A DNA stretch of 64,000 bases from Isurus oxyrinchus. Taxonomy: Eukaryota. The notes under the pieces were generated by a model. The model worked only from the letters and a program-made list of their open reading frames with translations. It was not told the origin of the DNA and did not search any database. The translations under genes and the position numbers were made by a program. The stretch lies in assembly GCA_026770705.1 (NCBI GenBank), contig JANJGN010000034.1, positions 6,696,001 through 6,760,000 on the forward strand. The letters run 5' to 3'. Below, piece by piece: positions 36,763 to 49,790 of this stretch; the first letter of the stretch is position 1; each line of letters opens with the position of its first letter.

Positions 36763-38410
36763 GGTGGAGGAGATTAATAGAATAACTATAATTGTAGACA
36801 AAGCACTGGGGAAACAAATGGGACTAATGGCGAATAATTCCCCTTGACCTGATGCGTTCCATCGTAGGATACTAAAGGAAGAAGCTACAGAGATATTGGA
36901 AGCGCTTGTAGTAATCTTGCGTGAATCTTTTGACACTTGAAAAGTCCCAGAGAGTTGGAGAATGGCCAATGTAATAATCCGTATTCCTTATCTTTGAGAA
37001 TAGACCCAGCCCTCCCCTCCTTCTTCTTCCGAAACTTCCAGCCTCTCCCTACCTTGGCTTTTGATGGATCCTTAAAGCCACCTCTTGGTGCTTTATGTCA
37101 CTGAATTAATATTGCAATGTATTGTCCGCTGACAATTTCATAGCGTCATGGTGGCCTGTGCTCGGGCATTATACGGCCTGCATGCCAGCAGTCTGTGTTT
37201 GCTAAATTTAAAATACAAAAATGTAATAATTTTGTCTTCAGATCGACAGATAGGAGGTACAGAATCAGGTAATGAAGAATTTAATGTTTTTTATGATTAT
37301 GTTTTGTTCAAAAAATATTTATTATTGCAATTGTTCGATCTCAGAATCTCAGAGCGATTCAAAACAGAACAATGCTTTTATGATGCTTTTCGGGCCTGTG
37401 CCAGCACTTTTGCTCACGTTTTACAATTAGCCGAACTTCATTATTCTCAAACTGCTTTTCTTCAATTGAAGCTAGATAGCATTTGTCACCTAAATATTTC
37501 TACTGGATCTCTCTACCATTTTCTTTAATGTGGGTTTCACAAATCACTGTATAAAAAGTAACATTCACCTCCAGTATCCCAACGACTTTTTTTTTTATTA
37601 ACTCTGTCAGATCAATTCATGCTTTTGAACGCCTTTGTGAAATCACCTTTTAATCTCTCTGCTCCAGACAAAACCGCATCTCCAGCCATAGCGTTTCCAA
37701 CCAGGACACATAAATTTAATTCTTCATTTCAGTGTCTATTTAATTCATATTGATCGCTTGATGTCTTCGACTATGACTATTCTTCGAACATTTTGTAATA
37801 TTTGCGATTCATTTGACTGCCGAAAATGATTGATTCATGATTTCATCGCAAAAGAAAGCGAAGGAGACCAGGACAATTGTGTCTATTTTAAATAAACTAG
37901 AGTCAAACCTTCCATGGGAGCAACTATGAAACATATTTTCATCTACATAGTGCCCGAAGTACAATACTCTCGCACCTCGCTCTGAACGGCAATTGTTGTT
38001 GAGTTAATTGTTAATGTTGACACGGATAATGATACGTTGTATATTGGTGTCAAAAGCACAAGATTCGATCGCCCTTTTTGTTGGGTTTTATTCTGAACCT
38101 ACCTCCTGGTCCTACCCTGTTGAAGATTGCGGAGATCTGGGTTGAATCTGCTTTCGGGCTGATAAAAGAAGAAGAATATGCTGATGATTGATGTATTACT
38201 TTAAGTTCCCGAATGCATTAACTGACATTGCGAAATGGCGGTTGTTTTATGTTAAATCAGCAAAAGGCTTATTGATTGCAAGAACATACGGGAGGGAAAA
38301 CTCACTAAATAGATCTCTTATTTTTTCGTAAAGACAAGGATCCAGATCGTTAACTTATACGAAATAGAGCAGTAGAGATAATATGGATTGCTGAGCAATA
38401 CCTCCTCTTG

Positions 38411-38477
38411 AATAATAATAATAATAATAATAGTTATAATGATAATAATAATAAGAAGAACAACAAGAACAACAACA
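38411..38477. repeat. Compound (AAT)n/(AAG)/(AAC)n microsatellite
   Basis: Read directly from the sequence. Confidence 0.95.
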
Positions 38478-39329
38478 TAGGGGCTCAATGTATCGTCTAC
38501 AAATACCACACGGCAAGAAGAGTGCCCTCACTTCAGCTAAATGCTGATGGTTTGCATAATTTTGCAGCATATATGCCTTCTGTTGCTCCAGTTGATAATT
38601 TTCCTGTCAGGGAATAGTTTCAACTATTTAGCACTACACTCTAGGAATGATGGCTATGTCCTGGAGCAGAGGAAATTAGATGCCCAGCGATAGTACAAAA
38701 AATGCCTTACTTCACTCTGGCAAGAAAAGCTGTGATGTTTGCCCACAAATCAGACAAGGTTTCCAGAAAACAAAATAGTTGTGTTGTTCATAATAATAAA
38801 GGGATTTGATTGCTTATAAAGGCAGAAACACAGTGCAGTTGCAGACTGATGGTTATTCATAGGATGCAAATTTAAGTTTGTTACTAAAAGGAAGCATAGT
38901 TCAGCTAAATAGGCTGCTTTTAAGCATCACTAAAAGCCTGCCTGCAAACATGCACGTAAAAAAAACAATAGTTTTCATCTGTGTGCTGGTGAAATATTTG
39001 ACTGTAAATATTCTGTTGGAGTACATGTACATTTAGAGGGACATTTTATTGATCGGTTAACTCTTATGACGAGCTGGTGCAGGGATCATTGACTCAACGT
39101 TCCACTTTGCTGTTCATCATTCTCTGATTTAATGCTTATTTGCCCACTTCACTTTTTGCCATCCATTTTGACATATTGCATAAATGTCTGCTGAATTTAG
39201 TTAACCAGGAGGCCGAGAGATACACGATGTTCAGGCGTAGCAGTTCCACTCCTTAAAGTATACAATGATATATAATGGGCAAGCTTAGCGGATATTAAAT
39301 GTTTTCATAGAGAATGTGAATGAGGAGCA

Positions 39330-40810
39330 ATTAATGTGCAACAAGGAATTAATAGAGAATTAGAACGAATGTATTTTAAATGTTTTCAAGATCGAATAAA
39401 AAATCTATTAATAGTACAAAAAATGGATGAAAATAGTCGGAGATAATTTCAAATATAGCCTTGATAAGAGGGAATTAAAGGGGCAAGCTGATTGTAGTAA
39501 AGAATTGCAACTCTTCTGGACATGATCGTCTGCATGATGTGGTCTTAAAGCAAGAGGCGGCAGGGATAGTGCGTGCCTTGGTTGTGACCTGCCAATATAT
39601 TGTGGAAAGAAGGAAGACCGGATGTCGGAAAATATATTTAGCTTAGTCTGGTATGTTGTCAAGTTTGCTGACGATGCAAAACTATCTGGGGGAAAAAAAT
39701 TCAGTGGGCACAACAAGACTACAAAGGGACATACAAATGTTAACTGAGAGTGCAGATAAATGACTGATAGAGTATAATATTGGAAAATGGGAGGCTGCCA
39801 CTTTGTTAAAAAAGAAAACAAAATAGAAAAATACCAATTATTTGGCACAAAGAAGTTTGGGAGTTTCCGTAAATGAAACGCAAAACTCGGATGTGCAGCT
39901 ACCAATACCAGTTAGGGAAACAACTTTTTAAATTATTTTATTGCAAAAGAATGGAGTATAAAATCAACAACACTTGCAAAAGCCAAATAGCGTCTTGGCG
40001 TCATAGCATCTACAGTAGCACATGCAGCTTTTGTCTCCTTAATTCAGAAGGAATGTATTCGCAATTGAGACATTTTAGAGAATATTTATTTTGGTCTATA
40101 ATGGGGGTGCAGAGCATCTAGAACTCGCAGGCTGAAAGGATGGTAGTGGAGGGAAACCACAAACTTTTGTGAAATATTTGATGGATTCTTGAAGCACCCT
40201 GCAACACAAAGCTACAGGCCAGTGCTGGAAAATGGGATTTGATTGGATAGGGACCTGTTGAGCCGACGGGCCACTTTCCGTGCTCTAAAACCTCTTGGCT
40301 CTTGAATAGGGCTCACTTTAAAAAAAAACAGTAATTGTTCATTTACAACAGAGAAGTGGAGAATGATTTTTCTTCCCTCTTTCCCACCGTTTGTTTCGTG
40401 ATTGTAGCCCTCTTACTCAAATTGGAGGGTGCAAGTAGAAACGTTAATATGTTTTAATGCAGACATAGATAAATTAAGGACAAGCAATGGTGTGAAAGTG
40501 TATCATGGTTAGAGGTGAATGTGGAATTGAGGTTACATTCAGATCAGCCTTGATATTATTGAATGGCGGACCAGAAACAAATGGTGTCTAATCTAGGGGA
40601 TCTTTTAATTCAGAGATCTGTGGAAGCTCAGCTATTGAGAATGTGCAAGACAATCATCGATAGCGTTCTATATATTAATGAGGTCCAATTATATGATGAT
40701 AGTGAGAACAATGGCGCTTGGTTTAGATGATAGTCCATGATCTGTACATTACAGCAGGCTCGACGCACTGAATGGCCTTCTGCACGCATTTCCGACTTTT
40801 CCAGGTTATT
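39330..40810 (+). mobile_element. Decayed CR1-group LINE fragments (RT and several 3' tails)
   Basis: aagtttgctgacgatgcaaaacta encodes KFADDAKL at 39661. CR1-like 3' tail motifs lie at about 40215-40290, 40535-40575 and 40730-40800. Confidence 0.6.
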
Positions 40811-42659
40811 GTGTTCCGATAAAAAGGTTGATATGCAACCTATACTTGCAAAGGATTGGGGCTGACTCTTGACATTAAACTTGAGTTGCGAGACGTTGTA
40901 AAGACACACAGTACAAGAAAAAAACACTACAGGGCGTAGGGGGAAAACAACAGTGAGGGGCGCTCGTCAGAACACCAAATCTTTGGCGCACGTCCACGAG
41001 TTAACTTTTTTTTCAGCTGATCAGTTTCACAAATTGCTCTCTGAAATATTTGACTGTATGCAGCTACAAATGAATAACCAAAATCACAATATCCGTAGCT
41101 GTGAAGTTGACGATCGCTTAGCTGCTGTGTATGTGCATTCTTTCAGGTTGTTTCAAATTGCAGCAGTTTGCACTTCACTGGTGCCTTATGGAGGACAATA
41201 GCAGATTCAGCTTCCACTCATTTTATTTTCGCAAATGAAAGCAAGTGTAATGAATGTGATGGGTCGCAGGAATAGAATGATTACCTATTTCTCCTTGGGG
41301 CACTGTTAATTGATTGCATTTATGGCCCATTATGTGGATCTCCATTAAATTTCGCCATTTTCCTGAACTGTAAAAGATTCCACTACCTCCACCAGCAGTT
41401 GGATTAAAACCAAAGACAGACAATATAACAGGTCACTGCCAATTAATTTGTTGGCATTTATGATTTGCTACTTCAGTGAGAAGTTTCTGTCCCTTCTGTA
41501 TTGCACTATGATGAGCAAGGGCTATCCAGCTGTGGTGCATCTGATATCTGAGGCCTAGACTCTCATTCTCATCTGCAACAGATTGACAGCTGAAGTCACA
41601 CAGCCAGATGGTATCTTATTGATCAGATAAGGACAGTTCTCAAAGAATGCCCGCTACGCTACGTCCATAATACATGCATGCATGAGCCATATGAACTTAT
41701 CTCAACATTCTGCCTGATGCTCTGCCTGTTGTACAGCACTTAGATTCTCAGGAATAGGCTCTATCCATTAGTGATGAACTTATAAGCTGATGAAAAGGAG
41801 GACGATAGGGAAAATATCGAGGAAGTAGAAAAACGGGGAAGCCTCTTGTTATGCCAAAATGATTTTTTGCACTAGCTGTTACCCGAACCCCAATATCTCA
41901 TTGATAGATAACGTGCCTCTCGCCTTACCTCTCCTTTCTTAGTGACAATCAGAAACATATGTTTCTATCTGAACAGCCTGAACAGGTTTTTCATTGCACA
42001 TCGATAAATTAACTCACCAACAGTGCATAAGTAATAATATTGCTATTAATTGTTATTAGAAATAATAATAATCGACGTTGTGGTTTACTTTGTGCCACTT
42101 TCCCGTGTATTTACATCACTTGGTAATAGCCAACTCTCAGTGCCTAAAGCATGCTTGTGGCCTTGCTGCTGAATTAAAGTGGAGATGCACTCGTAGGGCG
42201 ACCTCGATCATTTCCATGCCTGGAAAGTTCAAAGCAGTTTGCACCAGGACGGTTTGTTATGTCTGAGTTGCATGCCTGATAGGAAGATAGATTTCTACGT
42301 CCCGAAATTTGGCATCAGATTCGCACTCCACGGAGCCACTGTCATATTGGCCAGACCTACAGTGCACTGTTAGAGGCCAGCTTCCGGGAACTTTGCTTTG
42401 CTACGTGGTCCCTTATGCACACTGCTATCCACATCCATGATCGAAACAAGCTGAGCTTCAGTGGCAATGAGAATGAGATTGCACAATGTCAGTCTGACCC
42501 TCCACTGCAGCACGCATACGGTTGTTAGAAGCTGCTAGTGTTCTAACGCAATCAGACACATGCTATAATAGACGCTGCATCATGGTCGGTTCCAAATGGA
42601 TGTGTTCCAGACTCTGCATAATTTGTATGTTCTCGTCGCCTCCATGCACCTGGGCCTTG

Positions 42660-42793
42660 ATTACTATTATTACTATTATTATTATTGTTATTATATTCTT
42701 CTGCTTCTCTCCTTCTTCTTCTAGTTCTTCTTCGTCTTCTACTTCTTCTAGTTCTTCTTCGTCTTCTACTTCTTCTAGTTCTTCTTCGTCTTC

Positions 42794-42825
<32 letters not shown>

Positions 42826-42838
42826 CCTCTTCCTCCTC
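42660..42838. repeat. Compound (ATT)n + 3x27-bp minisatellite + (TCT)n
   Basis: Three exact copies of tcttctagttcttcttcgtcttctact at 42717-42797, with an ATT-rich run upstream and a pure TCT run downstream. Confidence 0.95.
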
Positions 42839-43250
42839 ATTTTTCCCGTCCATCAAACTCCTATTTGATTCCTCCACTACATTGACGTCAGGAGGTGAAA
42901 TTTTCCCTGTTGACTGACGAACAAAGGTAGCAGTAACTTAAAAATAACATCGGCAATAATATTCCATTGCCATTTATTTGTGTTAAACCCGTTTAAACGT
43001 GTTTCGTTGCAAAAAAATAAATAAACTCTCCATTTACATTTTTGTTTGCAATATCAATTAATATCTCCAGCAAAAACGCAGTTGGACAAGGACAAGTGTA
43101 ATGTCACGCATGACTATATATTGTGTGCATATGTGCTACATGTAACATTGTTAAGATATTCTTGAATATACATTATTTTCCAGACATATCATTTAATTTA
43201 CGTTTGATGACTACTATTGCCGGGAAAGAAAACTGGGGATAATCATTTCA

Positions 43251-43357
43251 GGGCTCTGAAGAAGTGTCATGGAAACTCGGAGCGTTAACTCTGTTTCTGT
43301 CTCCGTAGATGCTGTGAGGCCTGCTAAGTTTTTTCCAGCATTACCTCTTTTGTTGCA
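43251..43357 (+). mobile_element. Older Penelope pLTR fragment with decayed HHR (43252-43290) and canonical CUGAAGA core
   Basis: ggct-ctgaagaa-gtgtc-atgga-aactc-gga-gcgt-t-aact, then ctccgtagatgctgtgaggcctgctaagttttttccagca. Confidence 0.7.
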
Positions 43358-46341
43358 TTACAATATTAAGTTAATTTCAGTTCTAAGGGAACATGGATTT
43401 TTGTGGAGCATTTCATGGTGAATTAAGACTAAAGCTTTTTTGCCCGCCCGTGCCTCTCATTTCGCGATTTACCAAATAATACAGCTGTAAAAAAAATGCT
43501 GAATGTATTCATTATGACGGTAGTTTACAGGCGAAACATATTGCACTTTTCTAACATATGCGCATGGGCATATGCAAACATTTACCATCACTGAAGCTGA
43601 TGACATCCTGTGAGCGGGGAAAAAAGTTATTACAAAATGTAAACATGTGAATATACATACAAACTCTGAAATAAATGCAATGGAAATAATTTTGCTCCTA
43701 TTACCCAGTGGGATTTGCAAAAAGATTGTATAGTGCCTAAATTTGTGGCATCGATTGAGACAATGGGTAAATGAGTTAATATGTAATTCTAGCATAGTAA
43801 AGCAATTTGAAATTGTAATAAAACAATGTATTAGCATAAGTGAATCCCTGTGGATCTCAGCGAATATTATTTTTGGAGAAGCTAAAAGAGACATGTTATA
43901 ACTATGCTGCAGAAGATGCAGATAATTATTTTAATTGCACCAATGATGAATTAATTCAGTTAAGTGGAGGAATGGAGCAGTGGTGTTTGTTCTACTAAAA
44001 AAACAGATACATTAAGGAGAGAGTTAAGAAAGCAATACAGGACCACCGATGCTTCAGTGAAGTAAACCATTATTTGTTTCTTCTGTGGCATCATTGCCAT
44101 TAAGCTGGGGTGGGGGGTGGTGGAGGGGTGGGAGCGTTGGTGGTGGAAGCTTTACCTTAATGGTCAACGGGTCGAGAGGCGAACAAAAAAAGTTTTCTCA
44201 TGACAAGTGGCTGCTTTGTCCATGGAGTCATTGCCTGACATACTTCTAGATATAGAATCAATCAGAACTTTCACAATGGGGCAGGACAGGGACATGAAAA
44301 GTGATATGTCGCGTTGGACTTTAAAGTATGGGTGAATGATAACATTGCGCAACTTTTTCAAAGGGACAGCAGAGACACGGTGGAGTTGATGAATGTTGTG
44401 CCGCACACTCATTGATTCGATGATTAGTTTACAGAAGAAAGGTATTAAATTCCGAGATTAAATGGAGAACAAACCCATTTGGGCGACCACGCATCACAGA
44501 TGATACAGGTCACCCGATATTTTGTTTCCAGGATATCACAGAGCAGCGCATTGAAAATAAATAAATGAAATGGGTTGAGGCCGAAATGTAAAGTTCTGGT
44601 GGGGTGATGCAAATCATGGCGTTCGAAATTAGCCAGGCTTTGGAAATCCTGCATTACTGAAGTCAAAATAAGATAAAATAAGATGGGTTGAATGGGGGGC
44701 CGACTGTCGCATGAGTCATGATACACAGCAGGTACCTGTAATTAATGCTCCCAATATCTTACCCTGTTCAATTTCCAATACACACTGCTTGCCTTATCGA
44801 ATTTTGCTTTTCAGAAATACACAAAGTTAAAGAGGCATTGAAAGATGCGGGTGAGAACAATTATCGAATGATATCATATTGTCACCAGACGTAGACATAA
44901 CATTAACGATAGTTAAATCTCACTTAGGATGCAATGGGGATTTTTATTTACGAAGCATAATACGCAATTAATGAATATGCCATCAGTTCTATATCTCTTA
45001 GATTCACCTTCCCAGTAATTTTAATGTTCATATCAGAAGCGGGAAGGGAATCATTTAGCATCAGCTGCCACAAGTTTTCATTGAAGGTCCACAAGCCTGA
45101 CTTCCGTCAACACAAAAAAGATCAAGCCATCATGCACTGAAAATGAAAAAAAAGAAAAGATTAGAATTGACAGCTTAAAGTAACACTTCCAGCGTAATTG
45201 TTCGGTACAGTTGTTTGATCTCCAGACAAATCTCCTTCCATCCCTTGCATCTCAAATAATGAGGGTATATTTCTATTTCATTCAGTCCACTCCTCTGAAT
45301 GCATAGGGTAAAACACTTACACTCATATAAAATGTATAATTGCTCATCGTTGAGATTTTTGTCTTGGGAATTGCCCCCAGCCTATTCACTATTCCCTGAC
45401 ATTTTTTTTAGCTCTCATTTTAATGTATGTTCTTTCAATTCTTATTGCATTTTTTCACCGATTCTAAAACGTAACCCATCAATATTGACGCATCACTATC
45501 CTATTTGCTTTCAAGTGGTACACATCCTCCTTCCTCGCCCAAGTACACCATGGTCATTTGTTCTAATATCATCCATTGTGCACTAATTCTGCTTCCACAC
45601 TGATATATGCTTTATGTTCTGGTTAGACAATTCAGGTCAAGCTAAGCACTGCTCTATCTTTATACTTCACATATGCATCGCTGCATGGCCATTATCTTGG
45701 AAGGCTTGCAAAAACATTATTCTTTATATCGTTTTGTTATTCACATATTGTTATGCAAGGCAGAGCTTCTGAGTGGAATCAGATGAAATCGGCCACATCA
45801 TTGCAGTTTACTTGGATTTCAATTAGGTGGAGAGTCTCGAGAGGCTGGCACTATTCGCCTCAGTATCAATGAGTTTAAGGGGTGATATGTGGGCGGCATT
45901 TAAGGCTGTACAGGCGTTCGGTAGAGCAAATATTGCAATACTGTTTATTTCCAATAGCAGACGCACGGAGTAAACCAAGGAACACACATTTAACGCAGTT
46001 AGCAAATCGAATCATGTAATATTGATTTATTTTATGTGTCAAACTTTTTTTTTATGAACTAGCCCTCACTGGCTAAAGAGGCAGTGAAACAGGTTAAGCA
46101 TGAGCGTTTAAAATGTCATTTGATACTTAATTGAAAAGAACACATTTAGAAGGCAAGAGAAAGAGAACAGTTGTTATGCGAGTAACTGGATAGTATTTTT
46201 TCAGAGAGTGCGATGATTTGAATGGCCTCTGGCTGTTTTGCTATTACATGATGCAATGAGGATAAACACGTCATTAATTTCTTATAGAGGAAAAGCTGCG
46301 TGCATGCCAAGAAGGTAATGAAAACAATATTTTTTGCGATC

Positions 46342-46512
46342 AAAGCAAAATACGTTGGATTCTGGAAATCTGAATTATAAACAAAAATTTCCTGAAAAAC
46401 TAAGCAGGTCTGACAGCAGCTGTGGAGATACAGACTGACTCCAAACATTAACTCGATGTTTCTCTCCAAAGATGCTGTCAGACGTGCAAAGTTTTTTTCC
46501 TGCAATATTTTT
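46342..46512. mobile_element. Decayed head-to-head inverted pair of Penelope pLTR tails
   Basis: The left arm ctggaaatc..cctgaaaaactaagcaggtctgacagcagctgtggaga is a minus-strand pLTR. The right arm gactccaaacattaact..tctctccaaagatgctgtcagacgtgc is a plus-strand pLTR. Confidence 0.7.
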
Positions 46513-47859
46513 AGTGAGCTTTTGAACTGAACAATGTTTTATTGTATACAGTAAGAAACATGATAACGTGGTAATAAGCAACAGTAATACTAATGTTGTT
46601 GTAAATATTCTTACATCCCATAAGGCTGTGCATTATCTGAAAAACAGCTCCACATTAATTCATTAATTTCCCCATTCACATTATGTCTTCCATGTTTTAA
46701 AAAAGCAGCACTTCCCATTCGTGGATATCGTGCAAAACCCAACCACGAGTTCTTTCCAGAGCAGATAATTCAAAAGAGCAGACACTTTGCGAGGAGTAAT
46801 TGATCGTAATCTCCATATCAAATGGGCTATTCGTTATTCTGAAAGTCTGACCACTAATAAAGAAACGCCCACAAGGGAAATATCCACTCAAGGTGGAACT
46901 TGCCATGCCGCTGATAACCTGATATGGTCAAGTAAGTTCACTTTTCCAGCTGTTTGATACATTATTATTATGAAGAGATGAACACTGACCATTTGTAGGC
47001 GTACGATGCATGTGCATCTTTCGAAACCAATTATCTTTAATCACTGCATCATTTTTTCTCTCAATTGGAACTGGATGCCTACGCAAAACCTGATGGTGGG
47101 TGGAATGTTACTACATAATCGGAGAGACCACAGAGCTGGTGGTATGTAAATGCACTTGGTTCAGCTCAATATTGCCTGCTGGGTAATTTTTCCTAAGATG
47201 CTGATTACCCCTGTCTGAAAGAAGAAACTAGCAACAAACGTAATTTGGAATAGACCAGTTTAAGGAGGGAAGCTTTAAAGAATTATTCTTAGTTGAAAAG
47301 TGGCATGGGGCATTTACACAACACAAGTATCAAACGATCTGCAACAAAATAAAATGCCAACATCTCTCCCTGGCATTCAAGGACATTACCATCTCTAGAA
47401 CCACCAGTTATAAACATTCTATGCGTTATGATTGACTCTATTCCGTTCCTGTGCAAATAACCATCCCTCTACATGTGATCAGTAAACAATCAAAGCTATG
47501 CCCTGCTCCTGAATTTAGTCATTGTTAAACATATATAGTTCACATTTGTCAGATCGAAGATGGGTTTTGAAGAATAAGCCCAATTTTATGTGCCACAGGA
47601 AAAAGTATGGAATCCGACTATACACTCATGGTCATGTTTATCTGAATCATATTATAAGTGGAAATATTCACAAGCACATCTTACTTTTACTCGTTTTAAA
47701 ATAGATATGCTGTGAGGGCAGTTTTATATTCCTGCTGGTCTAGTAAATTTCTTAGAAGCTGTATAGTTATTTATTCATTGGATCGGTGATCAAGAATATT
47801 GTAATTATTATTTTCCATCTGCAATTGCAATTGTAAATATGTCTGTAAGCTGCCTTTTG

Positions 47860-48175
47860 ACGGGTTGCAATTGGTGTCACTCATGTTCACGCACAGTGTT
47901 TTTTTGGCTGAGGTGCCATGATTTTGCCATCGTGGCATTGAACGAGCAGTGATTTCATTTCCAATCATGGCGGTGTGAGCCTTAAAAGTGAACTTGTAGG
48001 CATTGATGTCTCTCAATCTTTCTTGTCGCATACTTGGAAAATGTTTTTGAAGACATTTTGCCAAGGCAGTACAGTGCATATTCGGCATTGTACATCTGTT
48101 GCCATTGTCTCCCAATGTTGGAGTAATGAACATTCCAGGTTCTAGAAGGGATGCCAATAAATCAGGCTGTTTTTA
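47860..48175 (-). mobile_element. Old LINE 3' fragment (family of 16790-17350)
   Basis: ORF 47771-48157(-) contains CTMPNMHCTALAKCLQKHFP, homologous to CTIYKMNCRRSSRLLRQCIP in 17022-17291(-). Confidence 0.5.
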
Positions 48176-49474
48176 CAATTAGATGTCAAATTCTGTGATT
48201 GCTGCCGCAGCTGCCCTGAGATAGGTAACTGTAGCTCGTCCCTTTGCATTCGTGAAGTGAGCACCACAAATCTCGGCCTGCTTTAAGAAGTTAAGTATTG
48301 AGTTACTCACTGCATACTTACCACCCTGATAGCTGCACCTATAGCCATATTATATGTCTGGTTGTTCCAACGATGTTTCTACTCAATGCTTGCCCACAGA
48401 ATACCGATGATTTCACTGATGCTTGTATCGTTGAATGTCAAGGACAGATAACTAGGTTCTTCGTTACTGGGGGCTGGCGTTACCTGGCAGTTAAATGGCA
48501 GCTGTGGTAACTATGTTTGAAATGTTTAAAATTATTGAAAGAATTATTATGTCAGAAAGAGACACCATATTTCCTCTTAGTTGGAAGTCGATCACAAGGC
48601 AACATTATGTTCAATTTAAATTCTAACTAGTGAAGACTGCTGCCAGACAACACAGCTTTTTAAATAGGGTGTTAGAAATCTGCAGTGATGTCTTCAAAAG
48701 CAAAAACACATAAAAAAAACGAAAAATGAATTTTGAAACGCGAATGAAAAGGAAGTATTAATACTTGCTCGAAGTCAATTTGTGAAAAAAGTGGTCTTCT
48801 GAATTGAACATATTACCCCTGAACATATTAAAGAAAAGGGAATGATTAAAAACAAAACATATCTAACCAGAAATGAAAGCAAGGCTGCAATACGAATGGG
48901 CAGTTACCAAAAATACGTTTTTTTTAATGAGTTCTTTGCCACAGTTTACAAACCGCAGGAAGACCATTCAATATCAATGGTACCAGAGCTAAAATGCATG
49001 CGAAAGTTGAATTTAGTGAATTAAATATAGACTAAAGCATGGTAAAAATGATAGTAAAGGTGACAACTCCCCAGCAGCGTGAGGTTTCTAGCCAAATGCA
49101 TTAATAACATCACGTGGCAATAAGAAAGCTGCATTTATCAAAATTTGCCAAACATTCTAATTTCACGCTCCAACCTTCGAAAGTGCAGCGTTACGCTGCC
49201 CAGACATGGACTTGGATGCTTGCATCATCAACCTCGAGGCCACAGACGTGGGAAAGGCGCCCTAAAAACTCCCTTAAGTTTACAATATTGTCCATAGAAA
49301 TTGAGGTGATTCACAGAAGAAACTGCAACAGGCAGCCCTATTATAGAAACTGCTTTTAAAAGAAGCTCACACCGCAATCAAAAACCCCGACACTAAAACC
49401 ATCACTTCTCTTGACCAACGTTAACAGGCAGTCACCATCTTAACCTTGCACATACCAGCCCATCCTCTAAGATA

Positions 49475-49790
49475 TAAGCAAAAAACTGTGGATGCTGGAA
49501 ATCCAAAACAAAAATAAAAATAACTTGAAAAACTCAATAGCTCTGACAGCATTTGCGAAGGGGAACACATTTAACATTTCGAGTCTGTACGACCGTTCAA
49601 CTGAACTAAGGAAAAATAGAAAAGAACTGAAATATACGCTTGTTTAAGGGGAGAGATGGGACAGGTAGAGCTGTTTAGAGGGCCAGTGATAGGTGGAGAT
49701 AGCCAAAAGATGTCATAGACAAAAGGACAGAGGTTTTGAAGGTGCTGATATTATCTAAGGAATGAGCTAATAGGCGACATCAAGGGTAGA
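49475..49790 (-). mobile_element. Intermediate-age Penelope 3' UTR plus pLTR with decayed HHR (49569-49607)
   Basis: The reverse complement aligns by eye with 57200-57527 (attagc..ttagataat..cttttgtc..gacatctttt..ctatcactg..ttaaac.agc.tatatttca). HHR remnant: agtt-cagttgaa-cggtc-gtaca-gactc-gaa-atgt-t-aaat. Confidence 0.8.

Larger units (their letters stand above)
33760..36978 (+). mobile_element. Decayed CR1 LINE 5' portion: GA-rich repetitive 5' UTR, ORF1 (esterase type), ORF2 endonuclease to RT start
   Basis: ORF1 remnants VLVVGDKIIRGID, CLPGARIKDI, VAVHVSTNN and DRIHLN are SGNH-esterase-like motifs of CR1 ORF1. ORF2 remnants include LIALYLNAHSIQNKIKEL, FHRPP, DNFLKQYVENSTR..ILHLIL, PVGNCEHN and VPESWRMANV. 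Many stops. Confidence 0.88.

Noticed and set aside
38318-38617. Poly-Asn, poly-Ile and poly-Tyr ORFs
   Set aside because: Artefacts of the (AAT)n microsatellite.
42522-42917. Poly-Glu, poly-Ser and poly-Leu ORFs
   Set aside because: These are translations of the TCT/AGA microsatellite in several frames; there is no evidence of coding.
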